DNA from: Oikopleura dioica
Taxonomy: Eukaryota > Animalia > Chordata
Length of the DNA stretch: 64,000 nucleotides
Reading direction: 5' to 3'
Assembly (NCBI GenBank): GCA_907165135.1
Contig: OU015568.1
Coordinates: forward strand, 11,284,001 to 11,348,000
Part shown: positions 52,100 to 64,000 of the stretch, in pieces
Layout of the letters: each line of letters opens with the position of its first letter
Position numbering within the stretch: position 1 is the first letter of the stretch
Made by a program: the position numbers and the translations under genes
Notes under the pieces: model-generated
Told to the model about the DNA's origin: nothing
The model's input: the letters and a program-made list of their open reading frames with translations, nothing else
Database searches by the model: none

Positions 52100-52830
52100 A
52101 ATTTGCATAACAGTCCCGAGCTATCACCTCTGAGAACAGTTCATCGCTGAGGTACAAGTTATTCCATCTATAACTGCTCTTCTGCAGAGTACTTTAGGAA
52201 AATATTTCGACATCATTTGCCGAGCCCAGGGTCTTCCCATACAGGGATCCCCCTATAAATTGATTCCATCTCTTTCAGTTAAAGACTATAACATGTAGCG
52301 CATCGATAACTGTTCTTAGAGGCCTATTGATCATGAGATAAAACAAAAATTGCTTCAAGCAATTTGTTTGTTTTAAATCTTGATCTATAGCCGATATGTT
52401 TTGTTTAGGTCCTATCATGCAACTGAAACGCTCCCTCAAGATTCTCTAGTGATGAGGGAGCGTTGCTGCCGCCTTTTAATTATAATTATAATTAGGTATA
52501 AGTTTTTAATTTTGATCTAAGAGAGAAAAGAAGTTTGCTGGTGACTGAGATCAGTCGTTGTAAGAGACAATGTTTGATTTTTCCGCGTGAAGATCTTGGA
52601 TCGTTGGCTGAAGATCGATACGATCATGGTGGAGTAGTTGGAACTCTAACTCGTCGAGTCGAGCTGATCGCTCAAGAAGTCTTGCGTGGTCATAAGTTTC
52701 TTTTTTCAGTCCAACGATTTGTGACGGTCTAGTCTCTTCCATCTTTAACAAAAAAACTAAAAATCAGATCTTAATGATTTCTAGCTGGATAAGAGAATCC
52801 TGTCAAATGATGATTTTCTTGCGCTTATAT
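52100..52830 (-). CDS. Possible small gene or pseudogene with a coiled-coil-like exon
   Basis: The exon MEETRPSQ..ARLDELEFQLLHHDRIDLQ follows a ttgttaaag acceptor. Further coding-like but stop-broken frames extend to about 52050. Confidence 0.25.
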
Positions 52831-54024
52831 CTTGGCTCATTTGTTTGCTTCTAAATTCAGAACGAATCAGCGGCTGCGCTGGTAGAATTCACACCCACTT
52901 TTTGCAAATAAAATTGCATGAATTTTTATCTATTTGACAATGTATGAATTCTTATTTTTACCGGTTACCTAGACTAAAAAGTTGCCTCGTGCAAAATTTT
53001 CATTTGAAAAATGCTCCTTCTTTTATAAGTTATAAATTATAGCTAAACAGATGTTCGATATCATTAGGTGTGGTTTATTTCTTCGAAGTTTGACAATTGA
53101 AAACGAGAAAAATGGTAATGATGGAGTCTTTTATTCATCCAATTACACGGTCCATCGCAAATCTTCTTCCGATCGACTATTAGAAGTCCTCCTATCCATT
53201 CGGGGTTTGAGTTGAACGCAATCTCATATTATCTTACAGCTAAGCAAAATATGATCGTAAGTTAACTATAAAGATAAGACCATTTCTTAGCGCACAATAA
53301 TCATTCACACTATTGACAGCTTTCTTATTATCTTGTCTTATGCATAACTTCGGGCACGTTTTAGTACACGAGGATTTATGACGAGTATCGACGAAACTAT
53401 TTCATTTTTTTTAACTTGAGTTGATTGAGCTTGCGCAAATTTCTCGAAAATGTATCACTTGATTGGCGATTATATTTCGCCGCTACTGACCTTAGTCGTA
53501 GACGATCATATCGTATAACGAATTCAACACCAGAAGCTCTTGAATAAAGACGAATCTCATCTCCCAGTGCCCCTCAACAGATCGTCTCAATCACAGATAA
53601 CACATAATAAGCAGATTTACTCTCAAAAACTCAAGCAGGGACCGGAGGTTAATGACGATTGATGCGTGGTTTTTCAGAAAAAAAATTTTCACTCGAATAG
53701 AATTTACATAATCGCCAATTTTTTAAAAACGAAAACTATTCGTTCAAAATCCTCCTGTCAATTTACAAAGAAAGTTGTCATGTTTCAGTGCGTGTTCATG
53801 TCGCATGAGGTACTTATCATAAATAGTTCTTAGTTCTATCGCCAATCTCAAAAGCCCGTAACAGTAAGCTTGATACAGTAGATGCAGTTCCGGATGGCCT
53901 CGGTAGAATCTAAATTGTTAGAAATTGTTCCTGCTCGCCTTTATCGAAATAGCACTTTTAGGGCTTTCTAAATGTGTATGAATAGAGAGCAAAGAGAGAT
54001 TCGTTGCCGAAGAGTGGTACTCAC

Positions 54025-55053
54025 CAAAATCTGGAGGCATGGACACTTTGGCTTCTTCCGACGAGGCGGCAAGGGCTCTTCAATTTGTGTATCCCCTTCG
54101 CAGAGCAACGTAGACTCTCTTTGTAAGAAGTGCTCAAATACTTATGGTAAGTCGAGTTGTTCAAGTTCACAGTTTCTCTTGACTCGAGGAGGAAGTTATT
54201 CTAAACTACAATTACTGTTTTGCTGGAGACTGTGCGAGTAAACAAAGAGTTAAAGCAACGAAAATAAAACACGCAGATTGCTGCATCAACAAAAAGGCTC
54301 GAATTAATGATCGTCACTAGAATAACCCGAAGCTCTATTATGCCAATTATCGAAGCTTGACTTTGTAACAAAAATAAGCCGTTATACGAAAGCTGGAGCT
54401 TATCCCGTCCGGATCCAGCTCCGGCATTATAAAGTTAGTATCCTGAGCACTCCGTTCCTTACGCGCCGCTTTTTCTTCAGAATGTCCAAGGATCTAATTA
54501 CCTCACGTTAAAACCTATTTTACTGTTTTCACAACATGTCAGAATCGCGACAGGCTTTCTTGATAGTGGCGATGTGAAAATATACTCAAATTATGTAAAG
54601 AGGTAATTTAGAAACAATGTATCAAAAATAGGTTTTTACTCCGTTTTTCTAATATTTATAGCGCGAAAAATCATTGTATAACTTTGAAGATAGCCTATCT
54701 TAGATAGGGGCCAAAAAGGCTGCTGAAAAATAGAGTTCTTGCGATATTTGCCATCTTCTAAAGCGGATTTTAAACCATTCCTTCTTGGATAAATAAAGTG
54801 TATCTGAAAAAAATAATAAATTATCATCGACGTGGAAAAGTAAGAACAGTTCAAAGCTTACCTTGATGATCCGCCAGCTGGCGCAGATAAGAAGCTAGGA
54901 AAACAGTAAGTCTTCCCTTTGAAATGTTGAAAGTAATTTACCGAAACGGCTGTAGTTACACAGAGGAAGGCTTTTCTAGGACTCGGAGTCACACAAAAAC
55001 CGCGCGAGCATAAATTACAGTACTTTTGAGACGGCAAAATGTAAGCCAATCAT
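54025..55053 (-). CDS. Spliced gene of unknown function
   Basis: Phase-consistent short exons read MIGLHFAVSK|KSLPLCNYSRF|ASYLRQLADHQ (gtaag). Later blocks such as VFEHFLQRESTLLCEGD..RKKPKCPCLQIL(gtgagt) follow. The middle is unresolved. Confidence 0.35.
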
Positions 55054-55511
55054 TTCTTTGAGCTTGAAACTGGTCAAGCCAGAATTAAATTTAATCGAAA
55101 CTGACCCTGTTCTGCAGCTTCAATTAAAATTCTGTCCGGTCCTAGAAGCACTGGATAGTACTTTAAAAACAGGTCACTAACATTATTATCAATGTTAAAG
55201 TCGAGCAAAAACGTGTTCACGCATTTTCAATTTCATTTTTTTGTCAGAGGCTATATTCCACCGACCTCGGAATCCGGGGTCCGGAAGTTCACTCCGGAAA
55301 GATTATTTTTATGAAAATCGAGTGACCGAGTCCGGAATATTTAAGAGCATTTCGTCGTCTTCAAATTCGTAGTTCTTCATTTCGTTCAAGTTCTTAAACG
55401 AACTTCAGCTTTGAAAAGGTCAAATTTCAGCTTTCAGCATTCTAAAAAGCGAAAAAAATTGCGCAAAAGAAGCGGAGATTAACCCGCCCTTAGATGTAAT
55501 CCATCTCGGGG

Positions 55512-55739
55512 ATGTCTAAATCAATGTCGGATTCCAATCCGCGGTCTCCTCTTTTTCGCAAAATACGAACACACGGAAGAACATGGATCGCTTCCGAAAA
55601 CGAGTGGCTACTGCAGCATGTGAAAACGCAATCGTATTTTACGGAAGAGCTTATCAAAAATACGCCGATGACATCTGATTTCCCGACATTTATTCATCGA
55701 CAAACTAACTCGTTCTTAGACCTTTCGTTTATGAAATAA
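55512..55739 (+). CDS. Short ORF with weak Myb/SANT-like start
   Basis: GRTWIASENEWLLQHVK resembles Myb W-T-x-E-E-D-x-x-L-L-x-x-V, but the downstream Trp residues are not evident. Confidence 0.2.
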   Translation: MSKSMSDSNPRSPLFRKIRTHGRTWIASENEWLLQHVKTQSYFTEELIKNTPMTSDFPTFIHRQTNSFLDLSFMK

Positions 55740-56479
55740 GTTAGTTTCATACCTATGTAAGAAGATGAAGGAATCAGGCGGTTTATAAAATCCCAATCTC
55801 TATCCGAATATTTTCATTTCCAACTTCTGAAATGACTTTTAGAGAAGCTCTTTTTCCGGACTACTCGGATTTCAGAAAATTAGAATAATAATTGAAGTAG
55901 ATTTGATTAGCGACTCGAAATGATGGGGAAAATCTCGCGTGTGACTGAATTTACATATCTTTGAAATGCCGTATAATTTTCTTTAAAAATCTAAAACTAG
56001 CTGTCAGACTGTCTAAGAAAAGTTTGCTCTGGGCTGCAGAATTTTCTGCAGGTTGATAGAAAGGGGACGTGGATAGGCTATCTGTGTACGCTTAAACAGT
56101 CAAAAGGCCATAACATTTCTATCTTTATCGGGGCAAGGCTCTTTGATGATAACAGTAAGGGGACACAGACGTTATTTTAAACTTTAGCAGTTTATATCCA
56201 AGACTTCTGTACAGCATAAATAATGCTTTATTATAAAGGTTGCAAGGAAACTCGCAGAGAAAATACAAGAGTACGTAATTGCTATTCAAAGAAAAAACAG
56301 TAACAATATTTACACTCAACATTCAATCCATCTTTCCTGAATTTCGTGCGTTTCCGCCACTATCTCATAGGCTAGTCATAGCTTAAAACGTGTGTTGTAT
56401 GCGAATTTGTCACAATTACTGCCAGCCAAGAGTACTTCTATGATAGGCAGCTGGTACTCAGAATGCTCATTTAATTCTA

Positions 56480-57701
56480 ACTAAAGTTAGACAGCTTAGT
56501 TGCAACAAATTTTGACTGGCACAAAGTCGGATCAGTTTTCATCGCGATATTGCCTTTCTCAAGCTCTCTAACATGCAAGCACTTTCGCATAGAAATTCTA
56601 GAGCAAGACCCGACATGGTAATTTCTATTTGTAGAAGGTGATCTCATACTCGTACTTTTACATGCAAATTTGGATAAGAAAGGTCTTCTGACGGCTAACT
56701 CGGTTCTAGAACAAAATTTGAAGATCAGTTTTTTATCCTAGACGTTGGTTGCCATCGCAACGGACAAAAATCATTATCTGATCGCGTTTTGTTAGAGAAA
56801 AAAATGGAACTTTCTGACTCAGTTCTGGATATACTCGATCTTGCGGGATTAGACGTGACGAGGGATGGGCCAGAAGCATGTAAGTTTTCAAAATGCGGCG
56901 ATGTTGCTTCCATGAATTGGAATGCCACATATTTCAATAACACACCGTTCCCAGAAGAAATAATCCAAGTTCGTTTAGTCGATAAACACGGCCCAGATGG
57001 AGACATTTTACAACGATGGCGACTTAGTCGAAACATAACGAAACCTGCTGAGGAATCAAGTGATTTCTTTTTGAACAAGTATCTAGGCTCGAAAAAGGAT
57101 CAAGGACATGTTCTTATTAAAACTTCTCCTAAGTGTTACTGTAATCGACAGAAACCACTGATATCTTGGGCGCGTAAGGATCAGACCAAAATCCCGGAAT
57201 GTAGGATAGCCGCACTGTGGTGCTTAATTCCGTGAATCAATCCTCTAAAATCGTCATGTCAGTTTTCCGAACAACTCAAAAGACACTCAAACCATCCAGC
57301 CATCTTTCCGGAGCTCGTCAACCTCAACTGATGAAAGAAAGGCAATCAACATGGCTGTCCAGTGCCAGACTGCAAAATGTCGCGAAGCAAGTGTGCAGAC
57401 GACAGCGAGACAGCATCGCCGGTCGGTGGCTCTTCAGTTCTCTTCCGCAAAGAATCACAAAGGTAACCAGACTGTACTTCAAATAGAGGTTTTTATGACG
57501 ATTTTTTCGGGGAGGAAGTATATCTCTTGTGTCATAAGTATTCCTAGTACTCTGATTAAAAATGACAACATGAAAATATCCTTTTTTTTATCCCTGAATT
57601 TCCGCCTATTTTTTGATCAAATAATAGAGGCTCAATTCAACATGCTGGTCGGAATTCGACATGCAGAAATATATTCGAAAGCCTTCACTTTGATCGACTA
57701 A
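56480..57701 (+). CDS. Spliced gene of unknown function
   Basis: Exons read ..VEGDLILVLLHANLDKK|DVGCHRNG..(148-aa ORF)..IPEC|SFPNNSKDT..SAKNHK|EAQFNMLVGIRHAEIYSKAFTLID*, with one probable AG|GA donor. No family was recognised and the start is unresolved. Confidence 0.5.
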
Positions 57702-58039
57702 CCACACGCTCGCTAGAAAAACATCTCGTGGTTTTTATCGACTCAGGTCCGTTTAGAGAAGCTACCGTTTTCGGCTCTTATCAGTCCATCTGTGCATATA
57801 TAATTTAACTTTAGTTGAGAATGTGCTCAATGAGCATTTTTTAATAGGGAAGATTGTGTTAGTTCTAGCGGGGTTATGAGCGCGGAAGAGATAATTATGC
57901 ATATTCCGGATATCCCGCGGGAATGATAACATCCTCACGTTCCGATAAGGAGTCGACATCGCCATGTTTTCGTTTCCTTCCCCTTACCTAACCACCATAC
58001 TCAACCATCCAATTAAGAGTGCCAAACGGAAGCAGAACT

Positions 58040-58642
58040 TGATTCGGAAGAGTTGACAGTTGTAAGTTCGATGCCCAGCAGATGTGCGCCCCCAGAAGAC
58101 GTAACGTTTTTAAGTGCATGCCCAGACGCGACTCAGGAATTTGGTTGAAATTGCTTTTGATTTTGAGCGTTATTTGTCGAAAGAATGCGAATAACGACCT
58201 GTCGTGGCCAATCTTCTTGAGGCTCGGTATTTTTATTGGAAGTGCTTAAAAAATAGCATCAAGAGCAGCACTTTTAGCTGAACTACAGCTTGCTTATCAG
58301 AATTGATCAATGGCGAGATTTTTCTTAAAATTTCAACCAAAAAAAGAAAACACCTTCGATTGCAGAGTTAGAAGAAAACTTCTCCCGAATTCTTGCGGAA
58401 ATCGAAGACGAAGAAAAGAGTCCTCAAGGAAAAAATGATCCAATTCTTGAGTTCCTCCTCCAGCGCCGCGAAGAGATCACCCGCGACGTCCAGCTCATCG
58501 ATCAAGCTCTCGCTTCTACCGTAATCTGTTAGCTACGTGTTACTGCTTCTTTGATGGTCGATCTTATTTACAGTTTGTTGACGATGACGGCTCAACAGTT
58601 ATTCCATTCTTAGTAATACTAATTTCTGAAAACTACACGTAA
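58040..58642 (+). CDS. Small spliced gene with acidic helical exon (missed by the ORF track)
   Basis: After a gattgcag acceptor the frame reads ELEENFSRILAEIEDEEKSPQGKNDPILEFLLQRREEITRDVQLIDQALAST, then gtaat...ttacag, then FVDDDGSTVIPF. Confidence 0.4.
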
Positions 58643-60119
58643 TTCTTTATTCTTCTTAAGAGTTTCTCTAAAAATACTCTTCTCTTGACGGAACTATCAA
58701 TTTTAAAATGTTCATGAATGAGTTTTCGCCGAGTAGACAACTCGAGTGCCTCCTCGACCAAAAGTTCCATAATTTACGTTACCGTAAATATTTGCCGTGC
58801 AGCCGAGTTGTTCAATGATCCTTCTTTATTCAAAAATTTGTATCACTATCTCGAATCAAGCTTGCAGTCGAATTTTTAAAACTGACCCTGGGTAATTAGT
58901 ATTTTGGGCTAGATGAGTACTGGTGAATTAATCTGTTTCGAAAATACAAATTCATGCTCAGTTTAACAGATCTTTAGCTTAGCTGCTCGTAAATTTTCTC
59001 ATGCGTTCTATTGAACAACGAATCGAGAAAAAGTCTCTAAAGCTCAAACTTCAAGTTTGAATTTTATGAAAAAACCATCAATTATCATCCCAGAAATGAT
59101 TTTCTCCATTCTACCCTTGGCCACGTTAATAATCCTGTCTTCGAAGGATTCACGCAGTAATGTTTAATCAAAACGGGATTAAGGTTTACCGGCAACAAAC
59201 TGATTGAAATCCACGAACTGGTGTCCGCTAAATTTGTAGCTCAAACAATCCGCGATGATCTGGCTTCCTGCGAATCATGCGACGTGGTCATATTCACGAC
59301 CGTTGACAACGAGTTCTTTTTTGCGTCTACTTTTTCGCTCCTCTTCTTTTCAAAAAGAATGACCTGTGAAAACCAGGGCCTATCTAACGGTGGCACGCCT
59401 GTTTTCATAATTCGGTCTGGCGCATGCTCCGAGAAGTTAAGCGATAAGGTGAGATAAGGGACATCTTCTAATAAACGCCAAGGTGATTTTAATCGACCAC
59501 TAGGAAACACAGAAGAGGATTAGAAAACCAACCGTAGAACTCGTTTTCTTGACGCCAGGAGATTCATTAAAAAATAACACTGAGCCATTTCACGGCTTGC
59601 TGATTTTCTTTCAATTACAAGTTCTTCTTGGCTTGAAGAGAAAAAGAAATGATCCGCCAACGTTTTTCCAATTTCGCGGTGATTTATTTAGATAAACTCT
59701 CTTATATCATCGCACTCTTTGAATCCGTTTTGTTTTCACAGGCTGGAAAATTGCGTAAAGCCAGAAAAAACGTTCTGAAAAATAGCGTTCTCGCCGAACT
59801 AAAAATTTCTAAAAATCCGTGTCGCTCTTTATTTTCATAAAATATAAAGGCTCTTTAAAGCGCTCAAACAAAAAAAAGGTCTAAAAATTTAAGATTTCAG
59901 GGTTGAATAAGACTGATGAAATTTTACACCGTTTTTTCAATTAGATTCTAAAGCTAACTGCGCGATTCGCCCTAATTGCTCCAGAGAATTATCTAACATG
60001 GTTCGCATTTTCCACTTTTTTCTGATTCACGCGAAATTTTTACTCCTTCCGGATTTTTTCAATTAATCAGCATCTGGGCCCGGCAATCAGAGACAAGATC
60101 CTGAAAGAGCTTGAATAAT

Positions 60120-60191
60120 AGCCGCGTAGCGGCTTTTCAAAAAAGAGAAGCCGTTTTGCGGCTTCGTTCTTAGAAAAGCCGCTACGCGGCT
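60120..60191. repeat. 72-bp perfect-ended hairpin element (tiny MITE-like)
   Basis: The arms AGCCGCGTAGCGGCTTTTC and GAAAAGCCGCTACGCGGCT form a 19-bp perfect inverted repeat around an internal hairpin GAAGCCG-TTTTG-CGGCTTC. Confidence 0.8.
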
Positions 60192-60944
60192 CTCGCTAAA
60201 TCTCTTTTAGGACCCTGATATAAGTTTTTTTCAGCAGGCTGCTGAGCTTTGATCAGCATAAAATGATAATTAAAGATAAAATAAGCTAATATGAGATCGT
60301 CAATTATTGCGAAAAAACGTGTCACAGTCGCATATTTTTGGTCGATTAACACGTTCATTCGCGACAGTTGCGGACAGTTATCATTTATCTTTTACTATAA
60401 ACGTAAAATTTAAAACGAACAGAAAAGCGGTTAGAGTCCGAGCTCGTTTTGATCAATTTTGCGAGATTTATTTTTAAAGCTTGTAATTTACAATTGAAGT
60501 CGTTCGAAACGAACTGTTTCTATCCCAAACATGCGATAAATAAAAAAAGGGCAAGAAGTGGAATAAAACGAATCTGGGCGTTGTTTGTACTTTTAACAAG
60601 AAAGAATAAAATGATTAGGACGAGCAATTATCGGAATAGAATTGATAAGGCATGAAGTCAAGTGCTACATGCTTAGGGCTCAAACAACTGGTCAATTATA
60701 ACTTGATAAAACATGAGCTTGAGTCAGCGTGAGGTTGAGTCAATGATCTTTTTGGACCAAAAATGAAAGGAACAATTTATTTGTTTTATTAGTTCTCACG
60801 ACTTTAAAAAAAAGTTCGAAGCATATTTCCCAAACAAGAAAATCAACACACTGAGTGGTTAACAAGCAAGTATTTTAACTGACCCACACTACGAGCTACT
60901 GGTCACTTACGCGTAAAGGATGGGGATGGGCACCAACGCCCCAG

Positions 60945-62681
60945 TCAGGCAAAACATTCCTTCCAATATTTTTGGACCGGAGAGTTCCCATTTCCAAACA
61001 GGATTTTTCCACGAGCATGCACGTTTTGTTCGAATTTTTGGCTGAATTTGAACTTATAAATTTCAAGTTGCTTGAGTATTTTGCTGAAGCTAGCAAGCAA
61101 TTCTTGATAAAAACTGTCTTGGGGAGATTTGTAAGTGTCATGTGCTGAGAAAGTCAAATATATCCAAGTATGTCCATCTTAGCCGTGGAAATCAGTGGTA
61201 CGCTAAGCCTGGCAAGGTATAATTTGCTCGAGCCGATGCGTTCAAAAAGACATCAGTGCTAGAAGGGTTTTAATCAAAGGCTCCAAAACCGCTGCTTCAT
61301 ACAGTCATTAAGTGCTTGAACTGAATCAAAGGGACAGCACAGAGTCCTTGACACGCGGACCATAATAAAAGCAGAAAATGAGAGGGTTAGCTGCAATTCT
61401 AAGGGTGTCCGGCTGTAATCTAACGTAAGGGTCTGAAAGTCCGTTCCCATACTGTAATAAACTGCTGATTCAGTGAACTCTTTCGAGAAATCGTCGTCGC
61501 TCGACACTTGGCTGAGAGAAAAAACGTGGCTACTAATCGGGATTACAATGTAATCGCAAAAAAAATCCTTCAGATACTGCGAAGTAAAAATCCGCATTCT
61601 TACACGCATTTTGGCCCGCCACACGCGCTGGAATTTTTTATCAGCTCGAACTTTCAAGCCGATTATTTACGATGGAGCCTTATCTAAAATATGAAGCATT
61701 GTTCTTTGCTCGTCAAGATAGTGTCTTCTATAAAAAATATCTAAGTTTATTTTTTCTCTTCCTCTTCCGAGCTTGGCAAGGGTCAATCTTGCCCTGAACC
61801 TTTCAGGGTGCCCCCTGTTCGACATTCGAACTCAGCTTAGGTGCAGTTTGTATTATGCAAATATTATGATGTCGGAGTTGATCTTTTGAGGTTACGAATA
61901 ATCCACGTGCAGCCATCGTTTCGCAATTTTACGGTCAGCGGAGATCGCGAGGATAAGAGAAAATCGCAAATTCTCTTCTCTAAACAAGTTACTCTTCTTC
62001 TGTTATCACAGCTGGGAGTGCCGCTCGTTAATTTTTGACGTTCCTAGAAAGGTTACTTCGATTGATAAAAGTGGTAGTGGGGTTAATAAGTGAAATCGGA
62101 GGGCGATTAACTTATGGTTTCACAAATAATTGCATCATTATTAATCGCTAATTACTGACGCCTCTTTTTCGATAATTTAGACATCAAATTGAGTAATTGA
62201 ATTTCTTGTCGTTTGCGCGAAATTGCTAAAAAGACACCTCTCTTTCTTTCTCCCTGAGTCTAAAAATTCTAGTGTAAGTCGGTTCCGTTCACCCCCGCAA
62301 TCTCATTTTCGGTTTTCCTTCTTTGTAAGTTCCTTCTGGTTTGTCTCAACCCTCTCTTGCATAAGATGATAAAGATAATATTTAACAGTAAAAGCAGAGA
62401 ACTTTCACCTCCGACTGTTTAGCGAAAAAATAAATATTCGGCGCTCGAACATAGCGGTGCCTACCCAAAACATCACAGCCCCAAACGTGAGATCCCATTT
62501 CTCGATAAATCTCTGCCCAGAAAGCTCTGTTTCGCAAATATCTACCGGCAGAGTGAAAAATAAAGCGCCGAATGACGGATTGTCGTGTCAGATTTTCGGA
62601 GCTATTATTAATTGAATTAGAACTGTGAGAGAAGCCTCTAAAGACGACGGTGAAGAATAACCGTCTAATTCTGTTTCGCAA
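60945..62681 (-). CDS. Probable spliced gene of unknown function
   Basis: Coding-like minus-strand blocks are SAGRYLRNRAFWAEIYREMGSHVWG, VSSDDDFSKEFTESAVYYSMGTDFQTLTLDYSRTPLEL and AHDTYKSPQDSFYQELLASFSKILKQLE. The junctions are not resolved. Confidence 0.35.
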
Positions 62682-64000
62682 TTAGAAACCGTAGACGAAA
62701 TTTTCAGCCGCAAAGAATGATCCACGAATCTATAAAAATCCGTTCCCAAGGCCGACCGATTTTCCATTAGCTTATCTTACACGTAGTATTTTGAGTACGA
62801 GATAATAGAGTGCGATTAATTGATAACGCGGCTTGGAACGGGCGATTCTATGGAATGAAATGTGAGATAACTTGCCGAACATGCCGTTTTCTGTGATGCA
62901 AGATTCTATCTCGCTTGTTTAAAATCGAACAGGGTTCACATAGTACTGGGATTTCTGGTTTTAAGATTGTTCAGCATAAAGTTTACTACCAAATACAGCG
63001 GGATTCTCCCTTAATGTTGAACGCCATCTCAAAAATTATTGACTAGAAATCAATTTCGTAGGTCTAAGGTCCTCTATTGGTTTTTTGTTTACATGGAAAC
63101 GTCGATGATATGTTTAAAGCCTTGCTTTTGTAGGCTTGCAGTTAAAAATTTGTAAGGAACGTAGGAAGGGGATGAGGAAATAGTCTTGACGTTTTTTACA
63201 TAAGGTAAGCGTTTTCTTGGTGACCCTGGCTCGGATGGAGCTAAGAGGCGCGAGCGCAGCGCGGCGCGCGAGTGAGGGCGCTAGCTAGCCCGCGACGCGA
63301 AGCAATCGTGACAGCTCAGGTCACAGTCATCAATAGAGAGAGATTGAGAAGAGGTCACGTCAACTTTGTCCAGAAGAATCTAACGAAGATGAAACTTTCA
63401 ATCATTGCCGCTTCATTGCGAAAGGGTTCGAGATTTTTTTTTCTTTCAAATTCAGAGAATCATAAACGAAGAAAAATTTAAATGAAAAAATGTCAACCGT
63501 TGGTTATTTTCTCGTGATAGTCTTACTGACTGTTATTTTTTGCGCCGTTTTGAGTGTTCTTTTCGTCTATTTTTTTGCGTACTCAAAATTGTGAATTAAA
63601 ATTTCCAATTGAAGAAAGAGTGGCTATTTTAAATCAATTCATTTTAAGTTTTAAAATTTTATAGTTCAGTTGTCCATACCTTATCTTCATGCTCATAAAT
63701 TTCTCTCCAGATACTGCAATTTTGTGGAACTCTGCGTAACAAGCACGTGGAAATCGCTCGGATTTGTGGCAAAGGGTCAGCCCCCCCCTATTATACGCTT
63801 TGACTTTTGTTTTGCTTAAGGGTACTACCTTCGATTTCCCCAACATTAGCCTTGAATAACCCTTTACATGGCATGGATAGCGGGTATCATATGGCCTCTA
63901 AAAGTTAAACTATCTTAGATCTTTAATCTGTCAGAGGCGTTTTTGAATAGCTCAATGAAAAGTCGGCTAATTTCTAGCTTAAAAATATCATTGTTGCAAA

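Noticed and set aside
52551-52751. Possible Jun/bZIP similarity
   Set aside because: It shows only generic coiled-coil character, with no basic region or leucine heptad series.
54025-55053. Possible RGS domain
   Set aside because: The resemblance is limited to a few residues and the exon chain is incomplete.
59090-59510. Overlapping open frames on both strands
   Set aside because: I found no convincing splice signals, start or family motif, so the coding strand cannot be chosen.

Overview
This is eukaryotic nuclear DNA, not prokaryotic. It has compact genes, many 35-90 nt introns and several non-canonical GA-AG or GG-AG introns. Those traits, plus a tunicate-type opsin, point to the larvacean Oikopleura (dioica-like); this is an inference. 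Most ORF-track entries are exon fragments or antisense shadows, so I reconstructed the gene models by hand. Recognisable genes are Otx with a dense cluster of TAATCC sites, a head-to-head pair of identical tRNA-Ala(AGC) genes, a large FN3+LRR gene, an aquaporin with both NPA boxes replaced, two tandem pancreatic-lipase-family genes, a GPR156-like class C GPCR, a ciliary opsin, a divergent kinase, an SLC29/ENT transporter and a small secreted acidic-pro/cationic Cys-rich protein. Several orphan spliced genes are also present. A 9.4-kb hAT transposon (19-bp TIRs, 8-bp TSD) carries nested TTAA-flanked MITEs and probably sits in a GA-AG intron of the FN3+LRR gene. The most striking signal is the c-opsin, whose retinal-binding Lys296 is replaced by Arg and which lies tail-to-tail with GPR156.
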